Notes under the pieces: generated by a model | Databases searched by the model: none | What the model was told of the DNA's origin: nothing | Seen by the model: only the letters and a program-made list of their open reading frames with translations | In this document: positions 24,531-34,927 of the stretch, one piece after another | Layout of the letters: each line of letters opens with the position of its first letter | Position numbering within the stretch: position 1 is the stretch's first letter | DNA from: a candidate division FCPU426 bacterium | GTDB lineage: Bacteria; Oederibacteriota; Muellerivitia; Muellerivitales; Muellerivitaceae | Direction: 5' to 3' | Assembly (NCBI GenBank): GCA_963719085.1 | Contig: CAVRAL010000005.1 | Span: forward strand, 32,001-96,000 | DNA length: 64,000 bases | Position numbers and translations under genes: made by a program

Positions 24531-24539
24531 CAAAAACTA

Positions 24540-24703
24540 TTTAACATTGATAAAAGCGGATGAACACTGATGGGAAAACATTTAATCTTTTGTCCGCCTA
24601 ACATCTGCGTCCGCGTCGCTTCTCCATATGGTAGTTAGGGGAGAGCGACATTGCCCCGGGCATCTTCGACTTCAATAAGGAGGCCCGGGACATCATTGTT
24701 AAA
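24540..24703 (+). repeat. GAT-decamer REP-like palindrome carrying the 79-bp insert (24612-24690)
   Basis: ttaacattgat...atcattgttaa termini; lies between convergent mazG and corA. Confidence 0.88.
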
Positions 24704-24718
24704 ATGCATTTGTCTGAG

Positions 24719-25642
24719 CTATTTTATCTTTTTCACCAGGATCACCCAAATTACCCAGCCCAAAAAGATCATGCCGAGGGTCAAAAGACTGTAGGAAAGC
24801 CATCCGCTGATGGCTTTGGTGGCTTCGCTGTATTCCGACATTCCGCCGATTCCCGCGATCAGATTGAGCGGAAGAAAAACGATGTTGATGATGGTCAGGT
24901 CTTTCAGAAGCCGGTTCATATTGTTATTGATGATGCTGGCCCGGGCGTCCATCAAACCCGAAAGCACCGTGGAATAAATCTCCGCCTGTTTGGCGCATTG
25001 ATGATGCTCAATGATAATGTCTTCCATTAACCCCAATTCCCCCGAAGTGAACCCGATCCTTTCCCATTCTTTATGGAGCTTGGCCAAAACCGTGTTATTG
25101 GCTTCCAGCGCGTCGATGTAGTAAATCAGGTTCTCGCCCAGGGTGAACATCTGCAACAGGTATTGGTTGCCCAACGACGCGTTGAGCTTCTCCTGGATTT
25201 CCCCCGTCAATTGCTTAATGGCCTTCAGATGCCCGAGAAAATGATGGATGGTGTGCTGCAGGATTCGCAGCAAAAGATCCGGAAGCGAGGCCGTTCCTTG
25301 AAATTCTTTTTCCTTAAAAGGAATGACGCCTTCGCTGAGGATGATGGTCAGACGGTTCTTTTGCAGGTACAAACCGATGGAAGAAACTTCCAGTTTAAAT
25401 TGCCGGGCGAAAGACGTGTTATTGGGCCGCTTCCAAATGACGTAAAGATCATCCTGGAGGCACTCCATCCTGGAAATTTCATCCGGATCCAGTGCCGACT
25501 CCAGCGCGTGAGGATCCAAATGGAGATTGCCCAGCAATTCTTTTTTCTCGCCCTCGTCCGGCAGGGTGTAGATCACCACATTGGACTGGGGCCCATCGCA
25601 TTCCATGACCTGGCCGTCTTTTAATTGAAAAAATTCTTTCAT
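24719..25642 (-). CDS. corA: CorA family Mg2+ transporter
   Basis: SALDPDEISR, NNNMNRLLKDLT, GIGGMSE variant motif, two C-terminal TMs. Confidence 0.85.
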   Translation of the reverse strand: MKEFFQLKDGQVMECDGPQSNVVIYTLPDEGEKKELLGNLHLDPHALESALDPDEISRMECLQDDLYVIWKRPNNTSFARQFKLEVSSIGLYLQKNRLTIILSEGVIPFKEKEFQGTASLPDLLLRILQHTIHHFLGHLKAIKQLTGEIQEKLNASLGNQYLLQMFTLGENLIYYIDALEANNTVLAKLHKEWERIGFTSGELGLMEDIIIEHHQCAKQAEIYSTVLSGLMDARASIINNNMNRLLKDLTIINIVFLPLNLIAGIGGMSEYSEATKAISGWLSYSLLTLGMIFLGWVIWVILVKKIK

Positions 25643-25736
25643 GAAGTCTCCGGGCGTCTCGGGTCAAATGGGATGGGCATTAAGCCCGCTCGGTATTGAC
25701 GGAAAGGCACAGGCTCATCAAGCGGGTGTAAAAAAA

Positions 25737-26399
25737 CTACTTCACTTGATAAAGTTTCTTGTCGGGTAGGGAAAGCGCCGTTAGGAAACCCCCATAAACG
25801 CAGCCCGTATCCAAATTGATCCGGTCTTTGGACAGCTCCACTTTCTCAATGGGCGTATGGCCGTGGACCACCAATTTGGGGGTCGGGCGGGGATCCTGCA
25901 AAAATTTCCGGCGGATCCACAAAAGGTCATCCGCCTCTTGTTGGTTTAAAGGCCTGTCGAGATTAACCCCCGCGTGGCAGAAAAAATAATCCGGCGTCTC
26001 ATAGGTCAAAACCAAGGCGTTTAACAGTTCCACATGCGTATGAGGGATATAGGACTGAAGCAAAACATGGGCCCCTTCCCCCCGAACCTCATCCAGTTTT
26101 TCCTGGGACACATAGGACTGCAAAGTCTGATGCCCGCCGTTTAAAAGCCAATTGGAAGCCGCCAAGGAATTGGGCGTCCCCAGCCAGTCCAGCAGCATCT
26201 GCTCGTGGTTTCCGCGCAACAAGTGCCAATTGGGCTTCTGCTCCTTCACCAAATAATCTAAAACGCCCTTGCTGTCCGGACCGCGGTCGATATAGTCCCC
26301 TAAAAAAACCAGCTCATCTTCCGGCTTCACCGGCAATTGAGCCAAGAGTTCTTTGAGTTGTTCCAAGCAGCCGTGAATGTCACCGATGGCGTATATCAA
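25737..26399 (-). CDS. PPP-type Ser/Thr phosphatase / metallophosphoesterase
   Basis: GDIHG, GDYIDRG, GNHE, HGHTP, DTGC. Confidence 0.92.
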   Translation of the reverse strand: MIYAIGDIHGCLEQLKELLAQLPVKPEDELVFLGDYIDRGPDSKGVLDYLVKEQKPNWHLLRGNHEQMLLDWLGTPNSLAASNWLLNGGHQTLQSYVSQEKLDEVRGEGAHVLLQSYIPHTHVELLNALVLTYETPDYFFCHAGVNLDRPLNQQEADDLLWIRRKFLQDPRPTPKLVVHGHTPIEKVELSKDRINLDTGCVYGGFLTALSLPDKKLYQVK

Positions 26400-26417
26400 T
26401 TGATTCTCCCGTTAAAC

Positions 26418-28685
26418 TTATTGGCCAAACAAATTTTTAATCAGATTCTTCCCGGCGTCCACCGCCGCGCTTCCCAGGTGTTTACCGATATTTTTCTTGA
26501 TCCGCGCCCAATCGTAAGAATAGTGATTGTCCGCCGCCTTCCCTGTGAAGGTAAAGTCCACCGGAATATTCCCCTTGTCATCCGCGAACCAATCCAGGTT
26601 TTTGGCCTGGCCCTTTAATAGATCCGGCAGGGCCGCGTCCACGGCGTCCGAATTCAGATATTGTTCCTTGAGGTCGCATTGAACCTTCATATCGGGCGAA
26701 TAGGCCATCGTCACGCAGTCAATTCCGCCCGTTTCCCGCACCGCCCCCACCTTCCCCTCGGTGTTGGCCGTATAGGAGAAAACCTTGTTTTTCATGGCCA
26801 GGTTGCCCGTGATCTGATCAAAATCGATCTCATTGCTCGAGCTCTTCATGAACTTATTGATCGCCGTTACCGCGGCTAAATCCTGAACCTTGGACTTGGT
26901 TAAGGCGTAGTTTCCCGCCCCCTTGAGGTTGGTGATCATCTCGTCGCCCGACAAGCCTTTTCCGGTTCCCGCGTAAGACAGGTTCAAATTCCCGTAAAAC
27001 TTATCTTTGTAGGAACTGTAGTCCTTGGTGGTCACATAAGCGTCGATGCTGGCATCGATGGCTTTCTGAATGTTCACGTTTTTAAGAACCAAAGCGTAGC
27101 CATAGGCTTGGGAGTTAAAGGTATAGGTCACGCCCGCCTCACCCGCGCCGTCGAAAGAATTAAAGCGAATGCCGGGAACCCGTACCACATTACCCGTGAA
27201 ATTGATGGGGCCGGTCATATTTTGAAGATAGGGCTCCTGGGGCAGGGTAATTCCCACGTCCTTCAAAAGAATTTGGCCATTCACGCTGAAAGACGCCGCC
27301 TTGCCTCCGGTCTCGGAAACGGACAAGTTGACGGAACCGGTCCCGTCAAAAGTGGCCCTTTTCAATTTAGGAATCATGGCCGGCAGACCGCCAAAAGGAA
27401 GGGCCTGGGAATGGATCTCGCCCGAGTAAGAACCATCGGCCCGGTAATGAAACGCCCCGGTTACTTCCCAATTATCGTAAGAAACCTTGAGGGAGGGGAC
27501 GTCGTAAATTCCACGGTTCAATTGGTTGATCGTCTTAAAGTCGACCTTACAAGTGGTCGAGGCGGTTTTCACGAAGAGATCCTTATAGGCCAGGGCCAGC
27601 TTCGACGCGTCCGCCGTGCCCGAAAGCTCCAACCCCTTTTGGGCACTGCCGCCCAAATGGAAATCAACCTCGGCGGGTCCGGTCAAGGACAAACCTTCCG
27701 GCATTTTTGAGAGCGACGCCGGAACGAGGCCGGAAAACTTCAACATGTCCAGGGACGCCGTCCCATCCAGATTCGGCGTGGTGTTCCCCGTCATGTCTTG
27801 TACATCGCCCTGGAGGCCAAAAGCCAGGTCATTGACCTTCCCCTTCACCTCAAGTTCCTTGAGTGTCTGGTCCGCCAGGAAATAACGGAAGGAGCCGCCG
27901 ACGACCATGTGGTAGGCGGTTTTGTTGTAGGAAAAAGGCGCGTCCAACTCAAAAACCGTCTTCCCCCCAACCATGGAGATGTTTTTCACGGTCAAATTCA
28001 GGTCTTGCAGATCCGACTTTTGGGTCGGCGAGGTTGTCTCATCCAAATAAACCAGTTTTCCGTGCTCGATCTTCACGCTGTCCACCGAGAGAAGCAAACC
28101 GGTTTTTGACGGAGCCGCGGTCGAAGTCTCACCGGCCCAAGCGGACTCGGCGAAAAAGGAACCAGTCGACATCGCCGTCTCGGGTAATTCACCGGGGACT
28201 TGCGCCCTTTTGTGTTTGGCTGTCTTTTTTTTCTTTTGCGTGGGGACCGCGGGCTCCGGCGCCGCCGGCGCCGTGGACGAACCGGTCATATCGCTGAAAT
28301 TAAATTCGCTGGCGCTGCGGCGCTCCACCAACACTTGAAAATTTTTCAGTTCCACTTGACCCAGGGAAATTTGGCCCCAAAGCAGGGGAAAAAGATGGTA
28401 GGAAATCGAGATTTCATCGGCCGAAAGGAACTTCCCCGGCGCCCATCCGGGCCGGTTGGAAACGGTCAATTGGTTGATCTCAAAACCGCTCAGAACATTG
28501 AATCGAACATCCCCGATGGTGACATCACGTTTCAAAGTCTCCGATAATTTATCGGTGGCCATTTTTTTCAAAACAGCGGGGGGATATTTGACGTGAATAA
28601 TAATGGCGGCGGCCGCCATCAGAATGACCAGCAGGGCTAAAAAGGCCCCGCCGGCGATTAAAGTGAATTTCCAAAATTGACGCAT
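26418..28685 (-). CDS. AsmA family protein
   Basis: N-terminal anchor, AsmA-like N-terminal signature, long beta-rich body. Confidence 0.75.
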   Translation of the reverse strand: MRQFWKFTLIAGGAFLALLVILMAAAAIIIHVKYPPAVLKKMATDKLSETLKRDVTIGDVRFNVLSGFEINQLTVSNRPGWAPGKFLSADEISISYHLFPLLWGQISLGQVELKNFQVLVERRSASEFNFSDMTGSSTAPAAPEPAVPTQKKKKTAKHKRAQVPGELPETAMSTGSFFAESAWAGETSTAAPSKTGLLLSVDSVKIEHGKLVYLDETTSPTQKSDLQDLNLTVKNISMVGGKTVFELDAPFSYNKTAYHMVVGGSFRYFLADQTLKELEVKGKVNDLAFGLQGDVQDMTGNTTPNLDGTASLDMLKFSGLVPASLSKMPEGLSLTGPAEVDFHLGGSAQKGLELSGTADASKLALAYKDLFVKTASTTCKVDFKTINQLNRGIYDVPSLKVSYDNWEVTGAFHYRADGSYSGEIHSQALPFGGLPAMIPKLKRATFDGTGSVNLSVSETGGKAASFSVNGQILLKDVGITLPQEPYLQNMTGPINFTGNVVRVPGIRFNSFDGAGEAGVTYTFNSQAYGYALVLKNVNIQKAIDASIDAYVTTKDYSSYKDKFYGNLNLSYAGTGKGLSGDEMITNLKGAGNYALTKSKVQDLAAVTAINKFMKSSSNEIDFDQITGNLAMKNKVFSYTANTEGKVGAVRETGGIDCVTMAYSPDMKVQCDLKEQYLNSDAVDAALPDLLKGQAKNLDWFADDKGNIPVDFTFTGKAADNHYSYDWARIKKNIGKHLGSAAVDAGKNLIKNLFGQ

Positions 28686-28772
28686 CGATCGTGCCTCCCG
28701 GGCATCCCTAAAAGGGTTTGTTTAGGGTTCCCATTTTAGCAGGAACCCCCGGGACTTTCCGACCGTTTGGAC

Positions 28773-29993
28773 TTATTTTTTCAAAGCCAACTTGGCCTTT
28801 TCAGTGGGAACAAAGGCGGCTTCTTTTTTGACTTCCAACTTCGCTTCCATCTTTTCCTTAGCGCCCACGGCCGCCAGCGGGGCAGCCGATGATGCCGGCG
28901 CCGCCTTCGGCGCAGACGAAGCCCCCGAAGGCGCAGTCCCCGCGGGGGAGGACAAAGCCCCCGAAGGGGACAAAGTCTCCGAGGTGGAAGACGCCGCCGT
29001 GGGGATCAACCCGGATTTTTCCTTCACTTTTTTCTCAATCTGGGCGTAGACGTCGGCGTTTTCCTTCAGGAAGGTCTTAGCCGCCTCGCGGCCTTGCCCC
29101 AATTTCACCTCCCCGTAGCTTAGCCAAGTACCGCTCTTGTCGATGACTTCCATCGTAACCGCCGTATCGATCAAGCTGCCTTCTTTTGAGACTCCCAAAC
29201 CAAAGATGATGTCGAAAAAAGCCTCCCGGAAAGGCTGGGCGGTCTTATTTTTCACGACCTTGACCTTGACCTTATTGCCGATATTTACATCACCGTTTTT
29301 GATCGCTTCCACCCGGCGGATGTCCAAGCGCATGGAAGAATAAAATTTGAGGGCCCGGCCGCCGGGAGTGGTTTCGGGGCTTCCAAACATGACGCCGATC
29401 TTTTCCCGGATTTGGTTGATGAAGATGGCTGAGGTGTGGGATTTGGCCAGTAAGGCGGTGAGTTTTCGCAAGGCCTGGCTCATCAAGCGGGCCTGCAAGC
29501 CCACATGGGCGTCGCCCATTTCCCCTTCGAGTTCGGCCCGGGGCGCCAAGGCGGCCACAGAGTCGATCACCAGCACGTCGATCGCGCCGGAACGGATCAG
29601 CGTATCGGCGATTTGGAGCGCTTCTTCCGCCGAATCCGGCTGGGAAATAAGCAGTTCGTTCACATTCACGCCAAGCTTGGCCGCGTAAACCGGATCCATG
29701 GCGTGTTCGGCGTCGATAAAGACCGCGGTTCCGCCGGCCTTTTGGGCCTCGGCCACGATATGAAGCGTCAAGGTCGTCTTACCGGAGGATTCCGGTCCGT
29801 AAATCTCAATGATGCGGCCCCGGGGAACGCCGCCGATGCCGGTAGCGATATCCAATGAAATAGCGCCGGTCGAAATGGCCTTCACATCCTGTACCTTGGC
29901 TTCACCCAAGCGCATGATCGCGCCTTTGCCGTGGTCTTTTTCGATCTGTAAGATCGCCATATCCAACGCTTTTTGCTTTTCGGTTGCGGCCAT
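28773..29993 (-). CDS. recA: Recombinase RecA with a long C-terminal extension
   Basis: [33 protein letters not shown]; aaggag RBS. Confidence 0.98.
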   Translation of the reverse strand: MAATEKQKALDMAILQIEKDHGKGAIMRLGEAKVQDVKAISTGAISLDIATGIGGVPRGRIIEIYGPESSGKTTLTLHIVAEAQKAGGTAVFIDAEHAMDPVYAAKLGVNVNELLISQPDSAEEALQIADTLIRSGAIDVLVIDSVAALAPRAELEGEMGDAHVGLQARLMSQALRKLTALLAKSHTSAIFINQIREKIGVMFGSPETTPGGRALKFYSSMRLDIRRVEAIKNGDVNIGNKVKVKVVKNKTAQPFREAFFDIIFGLGVSKEGSLIDTAVTMEVIDKSGTWLSYGEVKLGQGREAAKTFLKENADVYAQIEKKVKEKSGLIPTAASSTSETLSPSGALSSPAGTAPSGASSAPKAAPASSAAPLAAVGAKEKMEAKLEVKKEAAFVPTEKAKLALKK

Positions 29994-30071
29994 GAGACTC
30001 TCCTTGAAGATGATCACTTTCGTGCAAGAAGGGCACCATCACGACTTTTAAAAGCCCCTCTATGCGAAAAA

Positions 30072-30100
30072 AGAATACAGGCGTATACCACTCGATTCAA
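30072..30100 (-). promoter_or_regulatory. Probable sigma70 promoter of recA with an overlapping near-palindrome
   Basis: TTGAAT-N17-TATTCT on the minus strand; gaatac-N4-gtatac at 30073-30088. Confidence 0.55.
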
Positions 30101-30164
30101 GCCTTTTTTTTATTTTTTTTAGGGGGTATCCGAAGGTCCCAAAAAGGACCTTTTCAGCTCTAGG

Positions 30165-30917
30165 TTAAAGGAACAACCGGGGGTCTTGGACGCCCAGGTT
30201 TTCTTTACTGAAAAAGGGCTCGCCGGTTTGGGTGCCGATCATCGAGCCAAAAAAACGGTTGGCGGTTGAGACAAACTCCAGGGCTTTGCTACCCGGCTTT
30301 TTAATGAATTGGCTTTCGTAGCAACGGATGACTTCGAGTTTTTGGTTGTGATAGGCCGAAGTATCCACGATGAAAGAGGGTTGGACGTTGGGCCGCAAAT
30401 GGGAGCACAAGTGATAATAAAGTTTCGGCGCGTACCAGGGACCGCCCTTCATATCGGTCTTCACCAGCTTGGCCCAAAAACGGGCGGCCTCCACCAACTG
30501 GGAAGCGCCCCAATGGTCCGGATGGGCGTCCACCCAATAAGGCGCGAATAGAATCCGAGGCTGGTATCGGCGGATCACCTCCGCCACTTTTCGGCGGGCC
30601 GGCAAGGTGTCTTGGAGCGATCGGTTTTTTAAGGGAAGAATTAAATAATCATCCAGCTTAAGAAGCCGGGCCGCTTGGGCGGCCTCCTTCAACCGGGTGG
30701 CGTGGTTTCCATAGGGCGTCGGTTCCCCGTCGGTCAGATGGCAGACCACCACTTTGGCGCCCTGGGCCTTGAGCGAAAGAAGCGTGCCGCTCATGGCGAT
30801 TTCCACATCATCCGGATGGGCCCCAAAAGCCAGCACATCGACCTTAAAATCCAAAGCGCCGCCACCGGGCGCCACGGTTTCAAAAGTTCTTATTTTTTTA
30901 CCGCGGGAAGCCGCCAT
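30165..30917 (-). CDS. PIG-L family deacetylase (BshB1-like)
   Basis: AHPDD, HPDH, YESQF motifs. Confidence 0.85.
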   Translation of the reverse strand: MAASRGKKIRTFETVAPGGGALDFKVDVLAFGAHPDDVEIAMSGTLLSLKAQGAKVVVCHLTDGEPTPYGNHATRLKEAAQAARLLKLDDYLILPLKNRSLQDTLPARRKVAEVIRRYQPRILFAPYWVDAHPDHWGASQLVEAARFWAKLVKTDMKGGPWYAPKLYYHLCSHLRPNVQPSFIVDTSAYHNQKLEVIRCYESQFIKKPGSKALEFVSTANRFFGSMIGTQTGEPFFSKENLGVQDPRLFL

Positions 30918-30970
30918 AAAAATCCTTCCGAATTTGAACCCTTAGTTTACTCCGACTCGGCTGAAACAAA

Positions 30971-31120
30971 ACGGAACGATTCACTTCACAAAACAAGACC
31001 TGTTGAAACATTGATGGAGGCTGATAAAGGCCGATTTTTACGCCTCAAATATCAGCCTTCATCCGCACTTATCATTGTTTCAAAAGCCGGACCTTGCCCA
31101 ATTTGTAAAAAAATAGTTCC
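30971..31120. repeat. Outer GGAAC..GTTCC unit containing an empty GAT-decamer palindrome (31003-31083)
   Basis: Homologous over its length to 36894-37041. Confidence 0.82.
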
Positions 31121-31174
31121 AAAACAAAAAAAGCCCCCATCGGTTGGATGGAGGCCTGGATCGATGGGTCGAAA

Positions 31175-31381
31175 TCAGTTCGCTTTAGCGATCACGTTCG
31201 CGGCTTGTTTGCCCTTGGCGCCTTGAACGATCTCAAATTCCACTTCCTGGCCGGCGGTCAAGGTTTTGAAGCCGTCTCCCGTAATCGCGGAGAAGTGAAC
31301 GAATAAATCCTCGCCCCCGTCTTGTTCGATGAAGCCATAGCCCTTCCCGGCGTTAAACCACTTAACTCGACCCATTGGCAT
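31175..31381 (-). CDS. Cold-shock protein (CspA family)
   Basis: [20 protein letters not shown]. Confidence 0.95.
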   Translation of the reverse strand: MPMGRVKWFNAGKGYGFIEQDGGEDLFVHFSAITGDGFKTLTAGQEVEFEIVQGAKGKQAANVIAKAN

Positions 31382-31504
31382 TTCCCGAACCCCTTGTCTT
31401 TCAGCATCTAGTTCACTGCCCGCGCCATGGATGCTTTTCATGACTTGCATTAAGTCTAAGTTAAAAAAAATATTTAATCAACCGCCCCTACCCATTGACG
31501 CAAA

Positions 31505-32527
31505 CTAATTCGCGACCCCCGCCAATCGAAAAAGAAATTGGCAAGCCGCCGCGATCAAGGCCGCCGCCGGGATGGTAAGAACCCAGGCCCAGACAATCCG
31601 GCTGGCCACTCCCCAACGAACCGACGAGAAGGAATTGGTGCTGCCCACGCCAATAATGGCCCCTGTAATGGTGTGCGTAGTGGAAACCGGAACACCTAAA
31701 TACGTGGCAAAGAAGACGGAAATAGCCCCTCCGGTTTCAGCGCAAAAACCACCCACGGGCTTCAATTTGGTGATGCGTTGTCCCATGGTTTTGACAATCC
31801 TCCACCCTCCGGTCAAGGTCCCTAAAGCCATGGCGGCATAACAACAAATAATGATCCACCAAGCAATTTCAGCTCCTTGCCCCCGGCTGGCCCAAGTCTC
31901 ATGACGGGCCGCCACTAAAAGGGCCACGATGATCCCCATGGTCTTCTGGGAGTCATTGGCTCCGTGGCTGAGGCTATAGAAGGAAGCCGAAAAAAGCTGA
32001 CCCACGCGGAAAATACTGTCGATGGCTGAAGGTGTGAATTTCCGAAAAATATTCATCACCAATATCATCATGAAAAAACCCAAAACCATTCCCAGGACGG
32101 GCGCGATAAAAATAAAAAGAATCGTCTTTTGAAACCCCGCCAAAATAAGGACCTTCCAACCGCTTTGAGCTACTGCCGCCCCGCCGAATCCGCCAATCAA
32201 GGCGTGGGAAGAGCTCGTGGGCAAGCCATAAACCCAGGTAATCAAATCCCAAAGAATCGCGCCGATAAGCGCCGAAAGGATCACGAAGACCGTGATGCCG
32301 ATCGGATCCACTAGCCCCTTGCCCACGGTTTTCGCCACCGGGGTTCCAATCGTAAAAGCTGCCAAAAAATTAAAAAAAGCCGCCCAAACCACGGCTTGGC
32401 CCGGGCTGAGGACCCGGGTGGAAACCACGGTAGCGATCGAATTGGCCGCGTCATGGAATCCGTTTAAAAAATCAAAAGCCAGGGCGACCACGATCACGAA
32501 AAAAATGAGGACTAAGTCAGGGCTCAA
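31505..32527 (-). CDS. pit: PiT family inorganic phosphate transporter
   Basis: GFHDAANS, PTSSSHA, HGANDSQK, PVSTTH. Confidence 0.95.
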   Translation of the reverse strand: MSPDLVLIFFVIVVALAFDFLNGFHDAANSIATVVSTRVLSPGQAVVWAAFFNFLAAFTIGTPVAKTVGKGLVDPIGITVFVILSALIGAILWDLITWVYGLPTSSSHALIGGFGGAAVAQSGWKVLILAGFQKTILFIFIAPVLGMVLGFFMMILVMNIFRKFTPSAIDSIFRVGQLFSASFYSLSHGANDSQKTMGIIVALLVAARHETWASRGQGAEIAWWIIICCYAAMALGTLTGGWRIVKTMGQRITKLKPVGGFCAETGGAISVFFATYLGVPVSTTHTITGAIIGVGSTNSFSSVRWGVASRIVWAWVLTIPAAALIAAACQFLFRLAGVAN

Positions 32528-32551
32528 GACGTAACCTCGCAGAGTCAGGAT

Positions 32552-33178
32552 TCAAGCGTTTTCTAACACAACCCCTTCAATGATATTGGCCACGTCCTCA
32601 CAACGATCGATAGCCATCTCCACGTCCTCATAGATTTCTTTCCAAACAATCACCTGAACCGCGTTTGTCTCTTCTTTGAAAAGACGGGCAATGGCCGCGT
32701 CGCGCAAGGCATCGCCGTCGTTTTCCAACTTATTAATCTCAATACAGGACTTCAGGATTTCCTTGGCGTTTTTCAGATTCCGCAAATTCCTCACGGCTTT
32801 TTGCAACTCGAGGGTCGAGTAATACAAGACCTTCGACATTTCAACGAGATCCGAAGGCGCTTCCTTCACCCCGTAAAGCATCATTCGACGGGCCGAGCCG
32901 TCAATAAAATCCATGACGTCGTCCATGAGGGTGATTAATTGATGGATTTGGTCCCGGTCAATTGGGGTAATGAAGGTTTTATGCAATACTTCGGCCATTC
33001 GATGGGTGATCTCGTCAGCTTGGTGCTCCACATCTTTGATGCGCCGGGCTTTCGCGGGGGCATCAGCGAAATGTTCGAGCATTTCCACCAAGATACGCGA
33101 ACCCTCCACACAACAATCCGCGTGCCGGTCAAATTCATCAAAAAAGCCGTACTCTTTTGGAATCAGGAAACCAAACAT
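32552..33178 (-). CDS. DUF47 Pit-accessory (PhoU-like) protein
   Basis: EHQAD, FITPIDR, ENDGD, DRCEDVAN; adjacent to pit. Confidence 0.92.
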   Translation of the reverse strand: MFGFLIPKEYGFFDEFDRHADCCVEGSRILVEMLEHFADAPAKARRIKDVEHQADEITHRMAEVLHKTFITPIDRDQIHQLITLMDDVMDFIDGSARRMMLYGVKEAPSDLVEMSKVLYYSTLELQKAVRNLRNLKNAKEILKSCIEINKLENDGDALRDAAIARLFKEETNAVQVIVWKEIYEDVEMAIDRCEDVANIIEGVVLENA

Positions 33179-33327
33179 GGGAGCCCCCGGGACCGGAATT
33201 GAAAAAACCGGGGAGAGATTGCCATAAGCGCCCCTGGGGGTCAATTCGAAACCAAGGTCGAAAACTTAGATTTCGGCTCTTTTTAGAAAATTAATGGGCT
33301 CCAGGGGTCTATTGAGCCCTAAATAAT

Positions 33328-33354
33328 AAAGGACCGGGGGTCCCGGTCCTTTTT
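33328..33354 (-). terminator. Intrinsic terminator after phoU
   Basis: aaaggaccgg...ccggtccttt hairpin with A/T runs. Confidence 0.75.
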
Positions 33355-33389
33355 AAAAACGAACGCTTTTTCTATTCTATATAGAAGGA

Positions 33390-34046
33390 TTAACCCCGGC
33401 GATGCCGGATATCCTTCCCCTGCACCATGTAAATCACGTCTTCCGCCACATTGGTGGCGTGATCGGCGATCCGCTCCAAATGACGGGAGATCAAAATCAA
33501 ATCAAGCGCCCGCTTAATGTTCGCCCGGTCTTCCAACATATAGCTGATGAGTTCCCGGATGATCTGGTCGTTCAGGTTATCGACCTCGTCATCCCTTTCG
33601 CAGACCTTTTTGGCCGCCTCAGGATCCCGGTTGACTAAGGAGTCCAAGGAAACCTTCACCATCTCCTGCGCGATGGAAGCCATGCGCGGAATGTCGATAA
33701 AGGGTTTCAGTGGAGCCACCTCATTGAGGGTCAAGGCCCGCTCCGCGATGTTGCTGGACAAATCGCCGATGCGCTCCAGGTCGGAGTTGATCTTCATCGA
33801 ACTGGTGATGAAACGCATGTCCCCCGCCATGGGCTGATGCAGCGCCAAGAGCCGGTGGCAAATCTCGTCCACTTCGATCTCAAGATCGTTGATCTCGTGA
33901 TCGCTCTGGATCACCCGGCGGGCGAGCTTGGAATCCCGGTCCACCAACGACTTCATAGCCAGACGGATCGCTTCTTCCACCTTGCTGCCCATGAACAGAA
34001 GCTTTTCTTTTAAACCGGCCAGTTCCTCGTCGAATGATATTTGCAT
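33390..34046 (-). CDS. phoU: Phosphate signalling protein PhoU
   Basis: DLERIGD, LERIADHATN. Confidence 0.96.
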   Translation of the reverse strand: MQISFDEELAGLKEKLLFMGSKVEEAIRLAMKSLVDRDSKLARRVIQSDHEINDLEIEVDEICHRLLALHQPMAGDMRFITSSMKINSDLERIGDLSSNIAERALTLNEVAPLKPFIDIPRMASIAQEMVKVSLDSLVNRDPEAAKKVCERDDEVDNLNDQIIRELISYMLEDRANIKRALDLILISRHLERIADHATNVAEDVIYMVQGKDIRHRRG

Positions 34047-34924
34047 CAGCCGAATCTCCCTGTGATGTAGTCTTCCGTCAGTTTGTTGTCCGGATTAGTG
34101 AACACTTTTTCTGTCGGGTTAAATTCAATCAGCTTTCCATTCAACATGAAGGCGGTCTTTTGCGAAACCCGGGCGGCTTGCTGCATATTGTGGGTCACGA
34201 TGATGATGGTGTAGTTCTGGCGAAGCTCGTGGATGAGCTCCTCAATTTTCGAGGTCGAGATCGGGTCCAAGGCCGAGCAGGGCTCGTCCATCAAGAGCAC
34301 TTCCAGGTCAATCGCCAAGGCCCTCGCGATACAAAGCCTCTGCTGCTGGCCGCCCGACAGGGCCGCGCCCGGCCGATGGAGCGAGTCCTTCACTTCTTCC
34401 CATAAGGCGGCCTTGCGCAGGCTTTTCTCGACGACCTCATCCAACACTTTTTTATCGCGGATGCCGTTCAACCGAAGCCCTACCACGACGTTGTCGTAAA
34501 TGGACAGGGTCGGAAAAGGCGTGGGCTTTTGGAAAACCATGCCGATGCGGCGCCGAACCTCGACCGGATCAATCGCGCTGGAAAAAATGCTCTTTTGTTC
34601 CAGCAAAATGTCCCCGTCATGCCGGGCCGAAGGGACGGTTTCGTGCATGCGGTTGAAACAACGGATCAGGGTCGATTTGCCGCAGCCCGAGGGGCCGATG
34701 ATGGCGGTGACTTCCTTCTCGAGAATGTCCATGTTGATGTCAAAAAGCGCCTGCTTCTCGCCGAACCAGCCGTTCAGGTGGTTCACCTTGATCTTAATGG
34801 GTTTCACCGGGCCGGAAGCGGATTCGGCTTGACCCTGCGGCACCTCGATCTTCCGGGTCTCGCCTTGCGGATGATTTGAGCTCACTTTTTTTTCCTTTTC
34901 CACTAATTCTTCCATCATAGCCAT
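34046..34924 (-). CDS. pstB: Phosphate ABC transporter ATPase
   Basis: [24 protein letters not shown]. Confidence 0.97.
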   Translation of the reverse strand: MAMMEELVEKEKKVSSNHPQGETRKIEVPQGQAESASGPVKPIKIKVNHLNGWFGEKQALFDINMDILEKEVTAIIGPSGCGKSTLIRCFNRMHETVPSARHDGDILLEQKSIFSSAIDPVEVRRRIGMVFQKPTPFPTLSIYDNVVVGLRLNGIRDKKVLDEVVEKSLRKAALWEEVKDSLHRPGAALSGGQQQRLCIARALAIDLEVLLMDEPCSALDPISTSKIEELIHELRQNYTIIIVTHNMQQAARVSQKTAFMLNGKLIEFNPTEKVFTNPDNKLTEDYITGRFG

Positions 34925-34927
34925 TCC

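Noticed and set aside
24612..24690. 79-bp insert as an integron attC, dif site or tRNA
   Set aside because: GTTAGGG is internal rather than terminal, there is no RYYYAAC..GTTRRRY frame, no 11-6-11 dif layout, no cloverleaf and no integrase.
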